Below are positions 1 to 9,394 of a DNA stretch of 42,348 nucleotides, piece by piece (within the stretch, counting starts at the first letter, position 1; each line of letters starts with the position of its first letter). The notes under the pieces were generated by a model. That model saw nothing but the letters and a program-made list of their open reading frames with translations, ran no database searches and was not told the DNA's origin. Origin of the DNA: an uncultured bacterium (GTDB lineage Bacteria; Patescibacteriota; Minisyncoccia; Phycocordibacterales; UBA918); assembly GCA_913050645.1 (NCBI GenBank), contig CAJXAG010000002.1:1-42348 (forward strand), written 5' to 3'. A program made the position numbers and the translations under genes.

Positions 1-86
1 ATACAAGTGACGACTCTGAAATATTAGAAAGTCCAGAGCTTATAGAAAATTCCACTAACGATAAGCCGCTAAAGCTTACGGAGGAA

Positions 87-977
87 ATGCGTATATCTGA
101 GGTAGGTTTGATCGAAGACTCCATAGGTGTGACAGAGAAGATGGAGCGTAGTGCTGCTGCCCTTATTGCTGCTAATGCTGCACTTGCAGAGACTGATGAA
201 TACAAGATTTTTGAACATGCTTTAGAAAAACTCAAAATATCGGCAGAGTCGGAAGAGATTTCGGTTACTGAACAGTCACTACTACAGCTACGGCGCAAAG
301 GTATTCAGCAAAAACTGGAAGCTCTTCGTCTTCGAGTAGCTGCAGAAAACAAATCTCAGGACAATGTTTCTGAGGAGGTTTTAAGTGAAGTTGAAGCAAT
401 GACTGCTGATCCAAGAAGCGATACATTTGAGTTCGGAGCAACACCAGAAGATTCTGCAGCAGCATTTGATGAAAGCTTTGTTCGTTCACAAGAGCAATGG
501 CACCAAGCTGCTGCTGAGCAGACAGAAGTGATTCCGATCAAAGAAAAGTTTCCGCGTATTTTTGGAAGCAAGATTCCTGAAGCTGGGGCAGCGGGTCGGT
601 TTGGTGCACGGTCATTTAAAGACGGATTGCTTCTGGTACGAGGTCGTGTTGCAGACCCAGAAATCCAAAATAAAATTGATGATGTATTGCGGATTGTGGG
701 GTATGTGCCTGACAGTGGTTTACGTGAACAAGACGTTGCAGAACTTGAGCGTCTTGCACATGCAATAAATATGCCAGAAAGTCTTTTGAAGATACCTCAG
801 TACAATCCTGAAAAAAGTTATCCTGGGGCAGAGCCAAGGGTGTATGAAGAGATTGCTGCACGGGTAAATGAACAACTGCCTGCACTGAGTGAAAAAGGGG
901 GAGCAAAGAAGAGATTTGTTGCTATGGGTAAAGCAATATTAACAGGGGGATTATTGCGTCGAAAAGGGTCACAATAA
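87..977 (+). CDS. hypothetical protein (possibly 5'-partial)
   Basis: Track ORF 87..977 (296 aa). The same frame has no stop back to nt 3, so the gene may begin left of the window. GGAGG at 80-84 lies only 2 nt before ATG 87. No motif recognised. Confidence 0.5.
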   Translation: MRISEVGLIEDSIGVTEKMERSAAALIAANAALAETDEYKIFEHALEKLKISAESEEISVTEQSLLQLRRKGIQQKLEALRLRVAAENKSQDNVSEEVLSEVEAMTADPRSDTFEFGATPEDSAAAFDESFVRSQEQWHQAAAEQTEVIPIKEKFPRIFGSKIPEAGAAGRFGARSFKDGLLLVRGRVADPEIQNKIDDVLRIVGYVPDSGLREQDVAELERLAHAINMPESLLKIPQYNPEKSYPGAEPRVYEEIAARVNEQLPALSEKGGAKKRFVAMGKAILTGGLLRRKGSQ

Positions 978-988
978 ATAATAGTACT

Positions 989-1282
989 ATGTCGATACAG
1001 CTCACAAATGAACAACTGCAGGAACTAGGTTTAATAGACCACACACCAGCACAACGTGAAGTGTTTTACACAAAACTAGGTAAAGCTGTTTTTGATAGTG
1101 CAATTTTACGTCTTATTGAAACTATGGATGAAAACCAGCTGTATGCCCTGAACCATGCGATTGATGCTCTTGATTCGTTTGAGTCAGTCATTGCATATTT
1201 GCAACAGACGTACCCTAATTTTCCAAAGTATATAGAAGAAGAGCAGGACATTTTTATAGGTCAAGTTTCAGCAGCTGAGTAA
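989..1282 (+). CDS. small hypothetical protein (97 aa, acidic, helical-looking)
   Basis: Starts 12 nt after the previous stop and ends at TAA 1280-1282. A terminator hairpin follows directly. No catalytic motif recognised. Confidence 0.55.
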   Translation: MSIQLTNEQLQELGLIDHTPAQREVFYTKLGKAVFDSAILRLIETMDENQLYALNHAIDALDSFESVIAYLQQTYPNFPKYIEEEQDIFIGQVSAAE

Positions 1283-1301
1283 TATAAAAAGAAATCCACA
1301 A

Positions 1302-1334
1302 GCGCCGGACACGCAGTGTCCGGCGCTTTGTTGT
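1302..1334 (+). terminator. rho-independent terminator
   Basis: gcgccggacac (1302-1312) pairs with gtgtccggcgc (1316-1326): an 11-bp perfect stem with a 3-nt loop, followed by tttgttgt. Confidence 0.8.
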
Positions 1335-1339
1335 ATACT

Positions 1340-2986
1340 ATGGGAGATATGTCCGATGCGACAGGAGGTTCTTCAGTGGTACGTTCTTCAGACCCATCTA
1401 CAAAGGGGGCTTTTGACCTATCGAACGAAATAGGTACACTGCAGCTTCTACGCGCCATCCATCAGAGTACGCTTGAGCCAGACGTGAAGAATAAACTTCG
1501 CGATACAGTGTTTGCGTTCCGTGCTGAAAAAGATGCAATGATAACCGCTGAACTCGCTACGTTGTTTGCTGAGCATAACTTTGTGTTGCTTGGTGCACCA
1601 GAAAAAGAAGCTGTCGAAGTAGCTCAGCAAGCACCAAAGCAAGAAGAAAAACCGGTGGCAGTAAGTCGACTAGGTATGGCACGCAAAAAACCACAGTTTG
1701 CTCCTGCTTCTGTAGCGGAAACTGCAGCTCCAGTCAAAACAGAAACAGTGCCAGAGCCTACTGTACAGGAGATACCTAAAGAACCAGTTGCTGAAGCAAA
1801 GCTAGCGCCCGAACCTGAAAAACCGGTAGAACCTACACCTGCACCTGCCCGAGAACCAGTGTCTGTTCCGGTGACTTCTGCACAGGCAGCTCCAAAACCA
1901 GAACCTGAGACACCAACACCAGCACCTGAACCGGTGCAAGCTCAAACGCAAGAGGTGCAACCAGATCTGGCTGCAAAAGCTGCAGAGCAACCCGTTACAC
2001 TCCCGGAAGCTCAAGAGCCTGCATCAGCAGTGAAAGAAACACTCACAGTAGAACAGACGAAGCAGCCAGAACCAGCTGCTGCGCCACAAGCAGCGTCACC
2101 TGTAACGGAGCGCATTAAAGAGATTAAACACGAGGTAAATGAAATGGTGGGCAACCCAGTTAATCTCATTGACGTGCATAATGAAGTAGGTCGTGAGTAC
2201 ATGAACGCACTGCTTGATGCAATGAAAAAGAGTGCTGGTGCTCCCAAGGGGGAGCAAGAGGCTGCAATGCAACGCCTGGAAGCAGCGTTTGCGGCAGTGC
2301 AGGAAACCATGGGTGTACATATACGAAATCAAGATGGTGATGCACCAATAGAAAAGAAAGAATCAACAGTCCCTAAGGAGTCCGTACCAGAATCCGAAAA
2401 AGCAGCAGAAACTCCCGTTCCAGTCAAATCAGATTTTGCATCTGCACAGGCTGTGGTCAGCGAAGAAACGGTAATAAAACAAAACACTGTCGCGAAGGAA
2501 AAAGAGGCGGCAGCTACAGATGTCTCAGAACCTGCACCTGTAGTACCAGAAGAAAATGCTGGACTGCCCTCAGTTGCAAAAGAGAAACAGGTCCAGGAAA
2601 TGATGGTTGCACAAAAACGCGAAGCAGCGACTACTGATCAGCAGCGCAAGGAAGCAGAGATTGCAGCGATGGACCCATTGATGACACCTGAGGTGACTGC
2701 AGGACTGGGGCAGCTACTTTCAGAGTGGGGTATCTTCAAACACAGTGGTCTGTTTGGCACTGGTCCAAGCGGTATGGATCACCCGTTGTATAAAAAGCTT
2801 TCAATTGTGCCCATGGCAGCAGTTGTAGCCGGGCGCTTTGAAGGAGTGACACCTCAAATCAAACGAAGTATCACTGACTATATGAACGGATGGCGCTATG
2901 AGGAAGGAATTATGCATGAGCAAGGTGAGGCGTTTGAAACATATCTCCGGCGTGTTATTAAACATGTTCTTGATAAACGAAAGTAG
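1340..2986 (+). CDS. hypothetical protein with long Pro/Glu/Ala/Thr/Val-rich low-complexity linker
   Basis: The track ORF starts at GTG 1316, inside the terminator stem. The first in-frame ATG after the hairpin is 1340. The central third is PEP/PAP/PVxE-type low complexity, and both ends look globular. Confidence 0.6.
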   Translation: MGDMSDATGGSSVVRSSDPSTKGAFDLSNEIGTLQLLRAIHQSTLEPDVKNKLRDTVFAFRAEKDAMITAELATLFAEHNFVLLGAPEKEAVEVAQQAPKQEEKPVAVSRLGMARKKPQFAPASVAETAAPVKTETVPEPTVQEIPKEPVAEAKLAPEPEKPVEPTPAPAREPVSVPVTSAQAAPKPEPETPTPAPEPVQAQTQEVQPDLAAKAAEQPVTLPEAQEPASAVKETLTVEQTKQPEPAAAPQAASPVTERIKEIKHEVNEMVGNPVNLIDVHNEVGREYMNALLDAMKKSAGAPKGEQEAAMQRLEAAFAAVQETMGVHIRNQDGDAPIEKKESTVPKESVPESEKAAETPVPVKSDFASAQAVVSEETVIKQNTVAKEKEAAATDVSEPAPVVPEENAGLPSVAKEKQVQEMMVAQKREAATTDQQRKEAEIAAMDPLMTPEVTAGLGQLLSEWGIFKHSGLFGTGPSGMDHPLYKKLSIVPMAAVVAGRFEGVTPQIKRSITDYMNGWRYEEGIMHEQGEAFETYLRRVIKHVLDKRK

Positions 2987-3018
2987 ACACGCTTTCTCCA
3001 AGAGCTCATAATACCGAT

Positions 3019-3636
3019 ATGATTGAAACGCATCACGCGCTTGTATATATAGCACCATCACTGTCGCGAAGTACACTCCCCGATACATTACGGAAACAAA
3101 CTGTTGACGTACAGCATATTATTGTTGATCGTTTAGGTATTGCTGATGCGCGGGCACTTATTGCGCAAGCACAGCAAACAGCAGTTACTGCGTCAGGGCG
3201 CTCGTTTGTGTTGGTGGCAGGAAATATTCCTGTTGAGGCACAAAATGCACTTTTAAAACTTTTTGAGGAACCGCCGAAAGGCGTACAGTTCCATCTTATT
3301 ATTCCACAGGAGGGACTTTTAATACCTACGCTTCGTTCACGTGTGCAGTTGGTTGCAAGAACAACTACTGCAGATAACGAGAATGACCTTTTTCAGACTT
3401 TTCTCACATCGTCATATGCTGAGCGTTTGACATGTATTGCTGATATTACTAAGCAGAAGGATGCTGCTTCTATTGAGGCGATTATACATGGTGCTGAACA
3501 GTATGCTGCACGTGATGTTGTAACAAACGCTGGTATTGCACCGTCGGTATTGCTGGCTCGTGAGTATGTACAGACACCGGGTGCTTCTAAGAAAATGTTA
3601 TTAGAGGAACTAGCGCTTGCTCTGCCACAGGGCTAA
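3019..3636 (+). CDS. holB: DNA polymerase III delta-prime-like clamp-loader subunit (reduced)
   Basis: 205 aa. NALLKLFEEPP and LIPTLRSRVQ match the clamp-loader NALLKxLEEPP and TIxSRC boxes. There is no obvious Walker A in the short N-terminus. Confidence 0.7.
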   Translation: MIETHHALVYIAPSLSRSTLPDTLRKQTVDVQHIIVDRLGIADARALIAQAQQTAVTASGRSFVLVAGNIPVEAQNALLKLFEEPPKGVQFHLIIPQEGLLIPTLRSRVQLVARTTTADNENDLFQTFLTSSYAERLTCIADITKQKDAASIEAIIHGAEQYAARDVVTNAGIAPSVLLAREYVQTPGASKKMLLEELALALPQG

Positions 3637-3669
3637 TTGTGTTAGTATTACAGGCATAAACGAACAAAT

Positions 3670-4209
3670 ATGATTGACATACAAACACGTGGAAAAGATA
3701 TAATCGACTGGCTTGCAACTGAATATGCAGGCATTCGAACCGGGCAAGCAACGCCGGCGCTTTTGGATAACATAAAAGTGGAAAGTTACGGGAGTATGAT
3801 GCCAATAAACCAAGTTGGTTCGGTCGGTGTTGAGGACGCGCGTACGCTTCGTGTTTCTGCTTGGGATGCGGGAAGCATCCCTGCTATTGAGAAAGCTATT
3901 ACTGATGCTGACCTAGGCGTTTCAGTTGCAACTGATTCTTCAGGTTTGCGGGTTATTTTTCCAGAGCTTACCAGTGAGCGGCGTGAGCAGCTGTTGAAGC
4001 TTGCAAAAAGCAAACTTGAGGATGCTCGCGTGTCAGTGCGAGCCGCACGAGATGAATCTATGAAAGATATTGACTTGCAACAGAAAGACGGGGAGATCAG
4101 TGAAGATGATAAATTTACCCAAAAAGAGGAAGTGCAAAAGCAGATAGATGAAATGAACAAGAAGCTGGAAGAGGCATATGCACAAAAAGAGACTGAGATC
4201 TCTAAATAG
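3670..4209 (+). CDS. frr: ribosome recycling factor
   Basis: 179 aa. IEKAITDADLGVSVATDSSGLRVIFPELTSERREQLLKLAK and the downstream coiled coil are typical of RRF. Confidence 0.95.
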   Translation: MIDIQTRGKDIIDWLATEYAGIRTGQATPALLDNIKVESYGSMMPINQVGSVGVEDARTLRVSAWDAGSIPAIEKAITDADLGVSVATDSSGLRVIFPELTSERREQLLKLAKSKLEDARVSVRAARDESMKDIDLQQKDGEISEDDKFTQKEEVQKQIDEMNKKLEEAYAQKETEISK

Positions 4210-4331
4210 CTGACTAAACTTGTCCCGCTAGAAGCAGCGGAGACCATAGTATATGCAACAACACTGTCGACAAAGTATATTACTAATAAATCGCGATGTA
4301 TTATCTACGTTCGCGTTAAACTTCTAATGGG
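4210..4331 (+). repeat. 122-nt intergenic element, copy A (paralogous to 8958-9079)
   Basis: The last 41 nt before the ATG (tcgcgatgtattatctacgttcgcgttaaacttctaatggg, 4291-4331) match 9039-9079 at 37/41 with identical spacing to the start codon. The upstream box ttgtcccgctagaagcagcggagac is also shared. Both intergenic regions are exactly 122 nt. Confidence 0.6.
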
Positions 4332-5432
4332 ATGACGATACTTTTATTTTTTGTAGTTCTTTTTGTACTCATTTTAGTACATGAGTGGGGTCACTTTATT
4401 GTGGCAAAAAAGACGGGAATGCGCGTTGATGAGTTTGGTATTGGGTTTCCTCCAAAGCTCTTTGGAAAGAAGTGGCGTGGGACCTTGTATACATTTAATG
4501 CATTGCCGATCGGTGGGTTTGTGCGTATATGGGGAGAAAATGCGGAAGATGCTGCTGACGCGAAAGAAGGGGGTGCTGACATAAGCGACTCATTTACTTC
4601 TAAGAGTAAGTGGGCACAGGCCGCAGTGCTGATTGCGGGGGTGACCATGAACATCATTTTTGCATGGTTCTTGTTTGTGGTGGTATTTATGATGGGTGTA
4701 CCGACACCGGTGTCTCCAGAAGAAGCAACAACTGATGCGCAGTTTACCGTCACACATGTGTCACAAAACTCACCTGCAGCAGCAGTGGGAGTGCCGGTTG
4801 GCGCGCAGATTGTGGCGGTGACATCAGGGGAAACGAAACTTGATACGCTCGAGCCTGAAACCTTTTCGAGCTTCATCCGTGGTACAGAAGAGTCGGTAGT
4901 GCTTACCTACAAAAAAGAAGATGCTGAAATGACCGTAGAGATAACACCCGAGGCCGGTTTGATTGCAGAGGATCCGGAGAAAAAGGCAATCGGTATTGGT
5001 GTTGCATTGGTTGAAAATGTGAAAAGGCCGGTACATGTTGCTATATATGAAGCACTGAAAACAACAGGAGGAGCACTTGTCGCTATTACGGTAGGTATTG
5101 CAACGCTCATTGCACAAAGTGTGCAAGGTACAGCAGACTTCTCACAGGTTGCAGGTCCAATAGGAATTGTCGGCTTAGTAGGGGATGCCGCTGAGTTTGG
5201 TCTGACCTCACTTCTGATGTTTACTGCAATTATTTCGCTTAACTTAGCAGTGATTAACATGTTGCCGTTCCCGGCGCTTGATGGGGGCCGATTGCTTTTT
5301 GTTGCAATTGAGGCGGTGATCCGTCGACCAATCAACCCAGCCTGGGTTGCACGACTTAACTTCCTCGGTTTTGCGCTGTTGATGATTCTGATGATCGCCA
5401 TTACCTACAATGATGTTAGTCGACTATTCTAA
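4332..5432 (+). CDS. rseP: RIP metalloprotease RseP (site-2 protease, M50 family)
   Basis: N-terminal TM with HEWGH (HExxH), FGIGFPPKLF, a central PDZ-like region, and C-terminal LNLAVINMLPFPALDGG (NxxPxxxLDG). Confidence 0.9.
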   Translation: MTILLFFVVLFVLILVHEWGHFIVAKKTGMRVDEFGIGFPPKLFGKKWRGTLYTFNALPIGGFVRIWGENAEDAADAKEGGADISDSFTSKSKWAQAAVLIAGVTMNIIFAWFLFVVVFMMGVPTPVSPEEATTDAQFTVTHVSQNSPAAAVGVPVGAQIVAVTSGETKLDTLEPETFSSFIRGTEESVVLTYKKEDAEMTVEITPEAGLIAEDPEKKAIGIGVALVENVKRPVHVAIYEALKTTGGALVAITVGIATLIAQSVQGTADFSQVAGPIGIVGLVGDAAEFGLTSLLMFTAIISLNLAVINMLPFPALDGGRLLFVAIEAVIRRPINPAWVARLNFLGFALLMILMIAITYNDVSRLF

Positions 5433-5552
5433 CGGCTTGAAATAGTAAGGAAGTGCGCTAGAATCGTCTTATTATGATTTTGTTTCAAAACCGTATTCCC
5501 TCTGGGGTAAATAACTGATTATTTGCAGACATTATTATTGTAGCTATTTACT

Positions 5553-6806
5553 ATGAGACAAACACATCTATTCACAAAAACAAAAAAAGAAGCACCAGGG
5601 GATGAAGTTGCGAAGAACGCACAACTTTTGATGCAGGCCGGGTACATCTACAAGAATATGGCGGGAGCGTATTCGTTTTTGCCTTTGGGGCTGCGTGTGA
5701 TTGAAAAGATTAATACAGTCATTCGTGAGGAAATGGATGCAATCGGTGGTCAGGAAATGCACATGCCATCACTGCAGGACCCAGCACTGTGGAAGCAGAC
5801 CGATCGTTGGAGCGATGAGAATGTAGACGTATGGTTTAAGTCTGAACTACAGGCTGGTGGAGAAGTGGGACTTGCATGGACGCATGAGGAGGTGATTACC
5901 GACATCATGCGGCAGTATGTTTCTTCATATAAAGACCTCCCATTTTTTGCGTACCAGATACAGACAAAGTTCCGGAACGAAATGCGTGCAAAAAGTGGCA
6001 TCATGCGAACACGGGAGTTTGCTATGAAAGACCTCTATTCGTTCTGTGCGACGCCAGAACAGCATGAAGCATTTTACGAAAGTTGTGCTGACGCATACAT
6101 GAAGATTTTTGATCGGTTAGGTATTGGTGACAAGACGTATAAGACATTTGCGTCAGGTGGTGCCTTTACAAAATTCTCACATGAGTTCCAGACGCTGGCA
6201 GAAGCAGGGGAGGATGTTGTGTATGTAAATGAAGAAAAGGGCATTGCAGTAAATGAAGAAGTGCTTGCTGAGGTTGATCTCTCAGAGCTTGGAGTAACAA
6301 AAGAAGAGCTGGAAGAACGAAAGAGTATTGAAGTTGGAAATATTTTTTCACTGGGCACGAAGTTCTCAGAAGCTATTGGACTTACCTTTAAAGACGAAGA
6401 AGGGAATGATCAACCGGTGATTATGGGTTCATATGGTATTGGTCCGGCTCGAGCAATGGGGACGGTCGTTGACCTTCTTTCTGATGAGAAGGGGATTGTG
6501 TGGCCAGAAAGTATTGCACCATATAAGGTGCACTTGGTAGGTCTTAATGGTGATGATGCTGAGGTTAAAGATTATGCCGATGGGATCTACACTGCACTGA
6601 AGCGTCGTGGAGTGGAAGTGCTTTATGACGACCGCACTGAAGTACGGCCGGGGCAAAAGTTTGCTGACAGTGATCTCTTAGGTATGCCATATCGTGTAGT
6701 GGTTTCTCGCAAGACAAAAGAAGAAGGAAAGTTTGAAGTGGTAACGAGAGCGACAGGTGAAGTGCGATACCTCAGTGAAGAAGAACTATACACCGATTTT
6801 ACTTAA
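5553..6806 (+). CDS. proS: prolyl-tRNA synthetase (short form, no INS editing insertion)
   Basis: Class II aaRS motifs are present: FRNEMRAKSGIMRTREFAMKDLYSF and GSYGIGPARA, plus a C-terminal anticodon-binding domain. At 417 aa it is too short to hold the bacterial INS domain. Confidence 0.92.
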   Translation: MRQTHLFTKTKKEAPGDEVAKNAQLLMQAGYIYKNMAGAYSFLPLGLRVIEKINTVIREEMDAIGGQEMHMPSLQDPALWKQTDRWSDENVDVWFKSELQAGGEVGLAWTHEEVITDIMRQYVSSYKDLPFFAYQIQTKFRNEMRAKSGIMRTREFAMKDLYSFCATPEQHEAFYESCADAYMKIFDRLGIGDKTYKTFASGGAFTKFSHEFQTLAEAGEDVVYVNEEKGIAVNEEVLAEVDLSELGVTKEELEERKSIEVGNIFSLGTKFSEAIGLTFKDEEGNDQPVIMGSYGIGPARAMGTVVDLLSDEKGIVWPESIAPYKVHLVGLNGDDAEVKDYADGIYTALKRRGVEVLYDDRTEVRPGQKFADSDLLGMPYRVVVSRKTKEEGKFEVVTRATGEVRYLSEEELYTDFT

Positions 6807-6973
6807 CCCGAGGCCCGGCCTAGGGTTACCGGTTCAAGGTTCAGTTGAGATGGTCTTACATAGACAAGACCTATGTAAATTAGAGGTATATTTGTTGAAA
6901 TGTGAAAAATATTGCCAAAACAAGTAATAATTTTCTTTCTGTTTGAAAACAAAGTATAATCACGTAACTATAT

Positions 6974-8050
6974 ATGCGTAAAGTGCTCAAACAGATGGAG
7001 AAAATGATAGAAGCGGTGTCAACCGATGTGGGTATTGACCTTGGGACAGCAAATACGCTCGTCTATGTGAAGGGGAAAGGAATTGTTCTGAACGAACCAA
7101 CGATTGTGGCGATGAACCGGAAGACCGGGCAACTGGTTGCGGTAGGAAATGAAGCAAAAGCAATGCTTGGACGGACACCAAACCATATTGAAGTAATTCG
7201 ACCGTTGGTTGACGGGGTGATTTCTGACTTTGAAATTACTGAAGAGATGCTCGCATACCTCATCGGAAAAGTGCATAGTGAGATGCGCAGTATTATTGCA
7301 CCACGGGTATTGGTGGGGGTACCCTCAGGGATTACGAACGTAGAGATGCGCGCAGCACGTGACGCTGCAAAAAACGCTGGTGCACGTGATGTGTTCTTGA
7401 TTGAGGAACCAATGGCAGCAGCAATCGGTGCGAAGCTCCCGGTAGGAAAGGCGGTTGGGAACATGATTATCGATATTGGTGGCGGGAACACCGACATCGC
7501 AGTGATATCGCTTAACGGTATTGTCGTTGCAAAGAATCTGCGGGTTGCAGGGGACCACTTAAACTCAGCGATTGTCAGCTACATACGCGATCAGTTTAAG
7601 GTGCTGGTAGGAGACAAGACTGCTGAAGACGCAAAAATAATGCTTGCAGCTATTACTGAGAATGATAACGAAAAGGAGATGGTGGTACGAGGTCGCGATG
7701 TGGTGACGGGCTTGCCGCGTGAGGTAATTATCACTGACACCGATATTCGTGAAGCGGTCTCGCACGCAGTAGACTCGATCGTTGAGGCAGTTCGTTCGGT
7801 GCTTGAAAAAACACCGCCGGAAGTGCTTGCGGATGTGATGCAGCGTGGGATTCACATCGCCGGAGGCGGAGCGCTTATTCCGGGTCTTGCACCACTACTT
7901 GAAGAAATGATGCAGGTACCGGTATATATTGTTCCTGACCCACTGCGTGCAGTTGTGCGAGGAACTGGTATTGTATTAGAGAACTTGGATAGTTATGAAG
8001 AAATTCTCGTCGATAACGAGGGTGAACTCTCGCCGTATCTCTCAGAATAA
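6974..8050 (+). CDS. mreB: rod shape-determining protein MreB
   Basis: GIDLGTANTLVY, LIEEPMAAAIGA, IDIGGGNTDIAV and GIHIAGGGALI are actin-fold phosphate/adenosine motifs typical of MreB. Confidence 0.95.
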   Translation: MRKVLKQMEKMIEAVSTDVGIDLGTANTLVYVKGKGIVLNEPTIVAMNRKTGQLVAVGNEAKAMLGRTPNHIEVIRPLVDGVISDFEITEEMLAYLIGKVHSEMRSIIAPRVLVGVPSGITNVEMRAARDAAKNAGARDVFLIEEPMAAAIGAKLPVGKAVGNMIIDIGGGNTDIAVISLNGIVVAKNLRVAGDHLNSAIVSYIRDQFKVLVGDKTAEDAKIMLAAITENDNEKEMVVRGRDVVTGLPREVIITDTDIREAVSHAVDSIVEAVRSVLEKTPPEVLADVMQRGIHIAGGGALIPGLAPLLEEMMQVPVYIVPDPLRAVVRGTGIVLENLDSYEEILVDNEGELSPYLSE

Positions 8051-8957
8051 AAAACGCGTACAGATAGCGGTGGTGGTACTCCTGTGTCTGTTAGCGCTGT
8101 TTAGTATGCCAAAAGTCTTTCGCACGGTGGCATCGGTGGTAGTCAGTCCCGTTGTGATGACGAAGTCTTGGTTTGCAGAGTCGGGCAGTAGCTTTCCGCA
8201 GTACCTACGCAACCGAAAAGAGCTTTTGGATGAATTGGCACTTATGCGAACTGAGCTCGCTGCAACTGGTGGTGAGCGTCATACGATTAAGACACTTGCT
8301 CAGGAAAATGAAGAATTGCGCAGCTTGTTGGGGTACGAAGGTGAAGAACGTATTTTGGCAGGGGTGATTGGTCGCCCGGGGAACATTCCGTACGACTCAC
8401 TGATGATTGACCAAGGTGTTTCTGATGGTGTGCGTGAAGGTGCGCCAGTATATATCGGAGATGGAACCGTGATCGGTATTGTGAAAAATGCGGCACCACA
8501 GACAGCACTGGTTGAGTTGATTACCACACCAGGTTTTGAAGCAACAGTATTCATCATGGGACCAGATATTTATACCAATGCAGTAGGTGTTGGTGGTGGT
8601 CAGCTGCGTGTGGGGGTGCCGCAGGGAATAGAGCTCGCAGTGGGAGATATGGTCGTGCTCCCATCTATTACTTCAGGTATTTATGGTGAGGTAAGTGTAG
8701 TACAGTCGGAGCCGACACGCCCTGAGCAGTATGGATTTGTTTCACCGCATACGCCGCTTTCAGGAATTCGTTTTGTGAGTGTTGGCACTACACCAATGCA
8801 AAGTGTTTCGTTTGAAGAAGCACAACAGATACTGGGTGAAATACGCTCGGAGTTCTTTATGGTGCCAGTACCAGAAGATATTTTGATCGATACAGAAAGC
8901 GGCAGTAGTACTGCTACAAGTTCCTTAGAAGTGTCGGAAGAATCCGTAGATATATAA
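7995..8957 (+). CDS. mreC: rod shape-determining protein MreC
   Basis: Basic N-terminus plus TM, a coiled coil (LAQENEELRSLLGY), then VIGRPGNIPYDSLMIDQGVSDGVREGAPV, as in MreC. ATG 7995 overlaps mreB by 56 nt and GTG 8022 is an alternative, so the start is uncertain. Confidence 0.8.
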   Translation: MKKFSSITRVNSRRISQNKKRVQIAVVVLLCLLALFSMPKVFRTVASVVVSPVVMTKSWFAESGSSFPQYLRNRKELLDELALMRTELAATGGERHTIKTLAQENEELRSLLGYEGEERILAGVIGRPGNIPYDSLMIDQGVSDGVREGAPVYIGDGTVIGIVKNAAPQTALVELITTPGFEATVFIMGPDIYTNAVGVGGGQLRVGVPQGIELAVGDMVVLPSITSGIYGEVSVVQSEPTRPEQYGFVSPHTPLSGIRFVSVGTTPMQSVSFEEAQQILGEIRSEFFMVPVPEDILIDTESGSSTATSSLEVSEESVDI

Positions 8958-9079
8958 CAGTTGTCCTGTTACAAGTAGCGGAGATTCAAAATTCAAAATT
9001 ATGAATACACAACAAAAATTGCACACATTATCAATATATCGCGATGTATTGTATACGTTCGCGTTAAGCATCTAATGGG
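8958..9079 (+). repeat. 122-nt intergenic element, copy B (paralogous to 4210-4331)
   Basis: tcgcgatgtattgtatacgttcgcgttaagcatctaatggg (9039-9079) and ttgtcctgttacaagtagcggagat (8961-8985) match copy A. The differences in the first hairpin are G-U compatible on the plus strand. Confidence 0.6.
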
Positions 9080-9331
9080 ATGATGATTCGAATTATTTTA
9101 TTTTGCGTACTTACGGTACTTGGTTTGGCCGGACCGGTGTGGTTGTTCGTACCTGCGCTTTTAGTGTATATGTTTTTGTATACTTCGGTGGAAGTGGTAT
9201 TGCTTGCCGCATTTATTGATGCGTATTATGGATACGGATCATCACTACCGTATCTGTATACATTGAGTACAGGAGGGGTGCTGCTTTTGATTCATATACT
9301 CCGACCACATTTTTTGGTGTACAATCGATAG
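9080..9331 (+). CDS. small integral membrane protein in the MreD position
   Basis: 83 aa, almost entirely hydrophobic (about 3 TM segments). It lies between mreC and the PBP2 gene, where mreD normally sits, but it is much shorter than canonical MreD. Confidence 0.45.
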   Translation: MMIRIILFCVLTVLGLAGPVWLFVPALLVYMFLYTSVEVVLLAAFIDAYYGYGSSLPYLYTLSTGGVLLLIHILRPHFLVYNR

Positions 9332-9394
9332 AATCTGTCCAAAATAAATTGTTTGATTTCCCCGAGTGTTTATTTTGGAATAGATTCTACTATT

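Noticed and set aside
3786-4247. 153-aa Ser-rich ORF antisense to frr (similar antisense ORFs lie inside rseP, mreB, PBP genes, lysS, murF and the helicase)
   Set aside because: These lie entirely within strongly supported genes on the other strand. They have low-complexity or biased composition and no independent signals.
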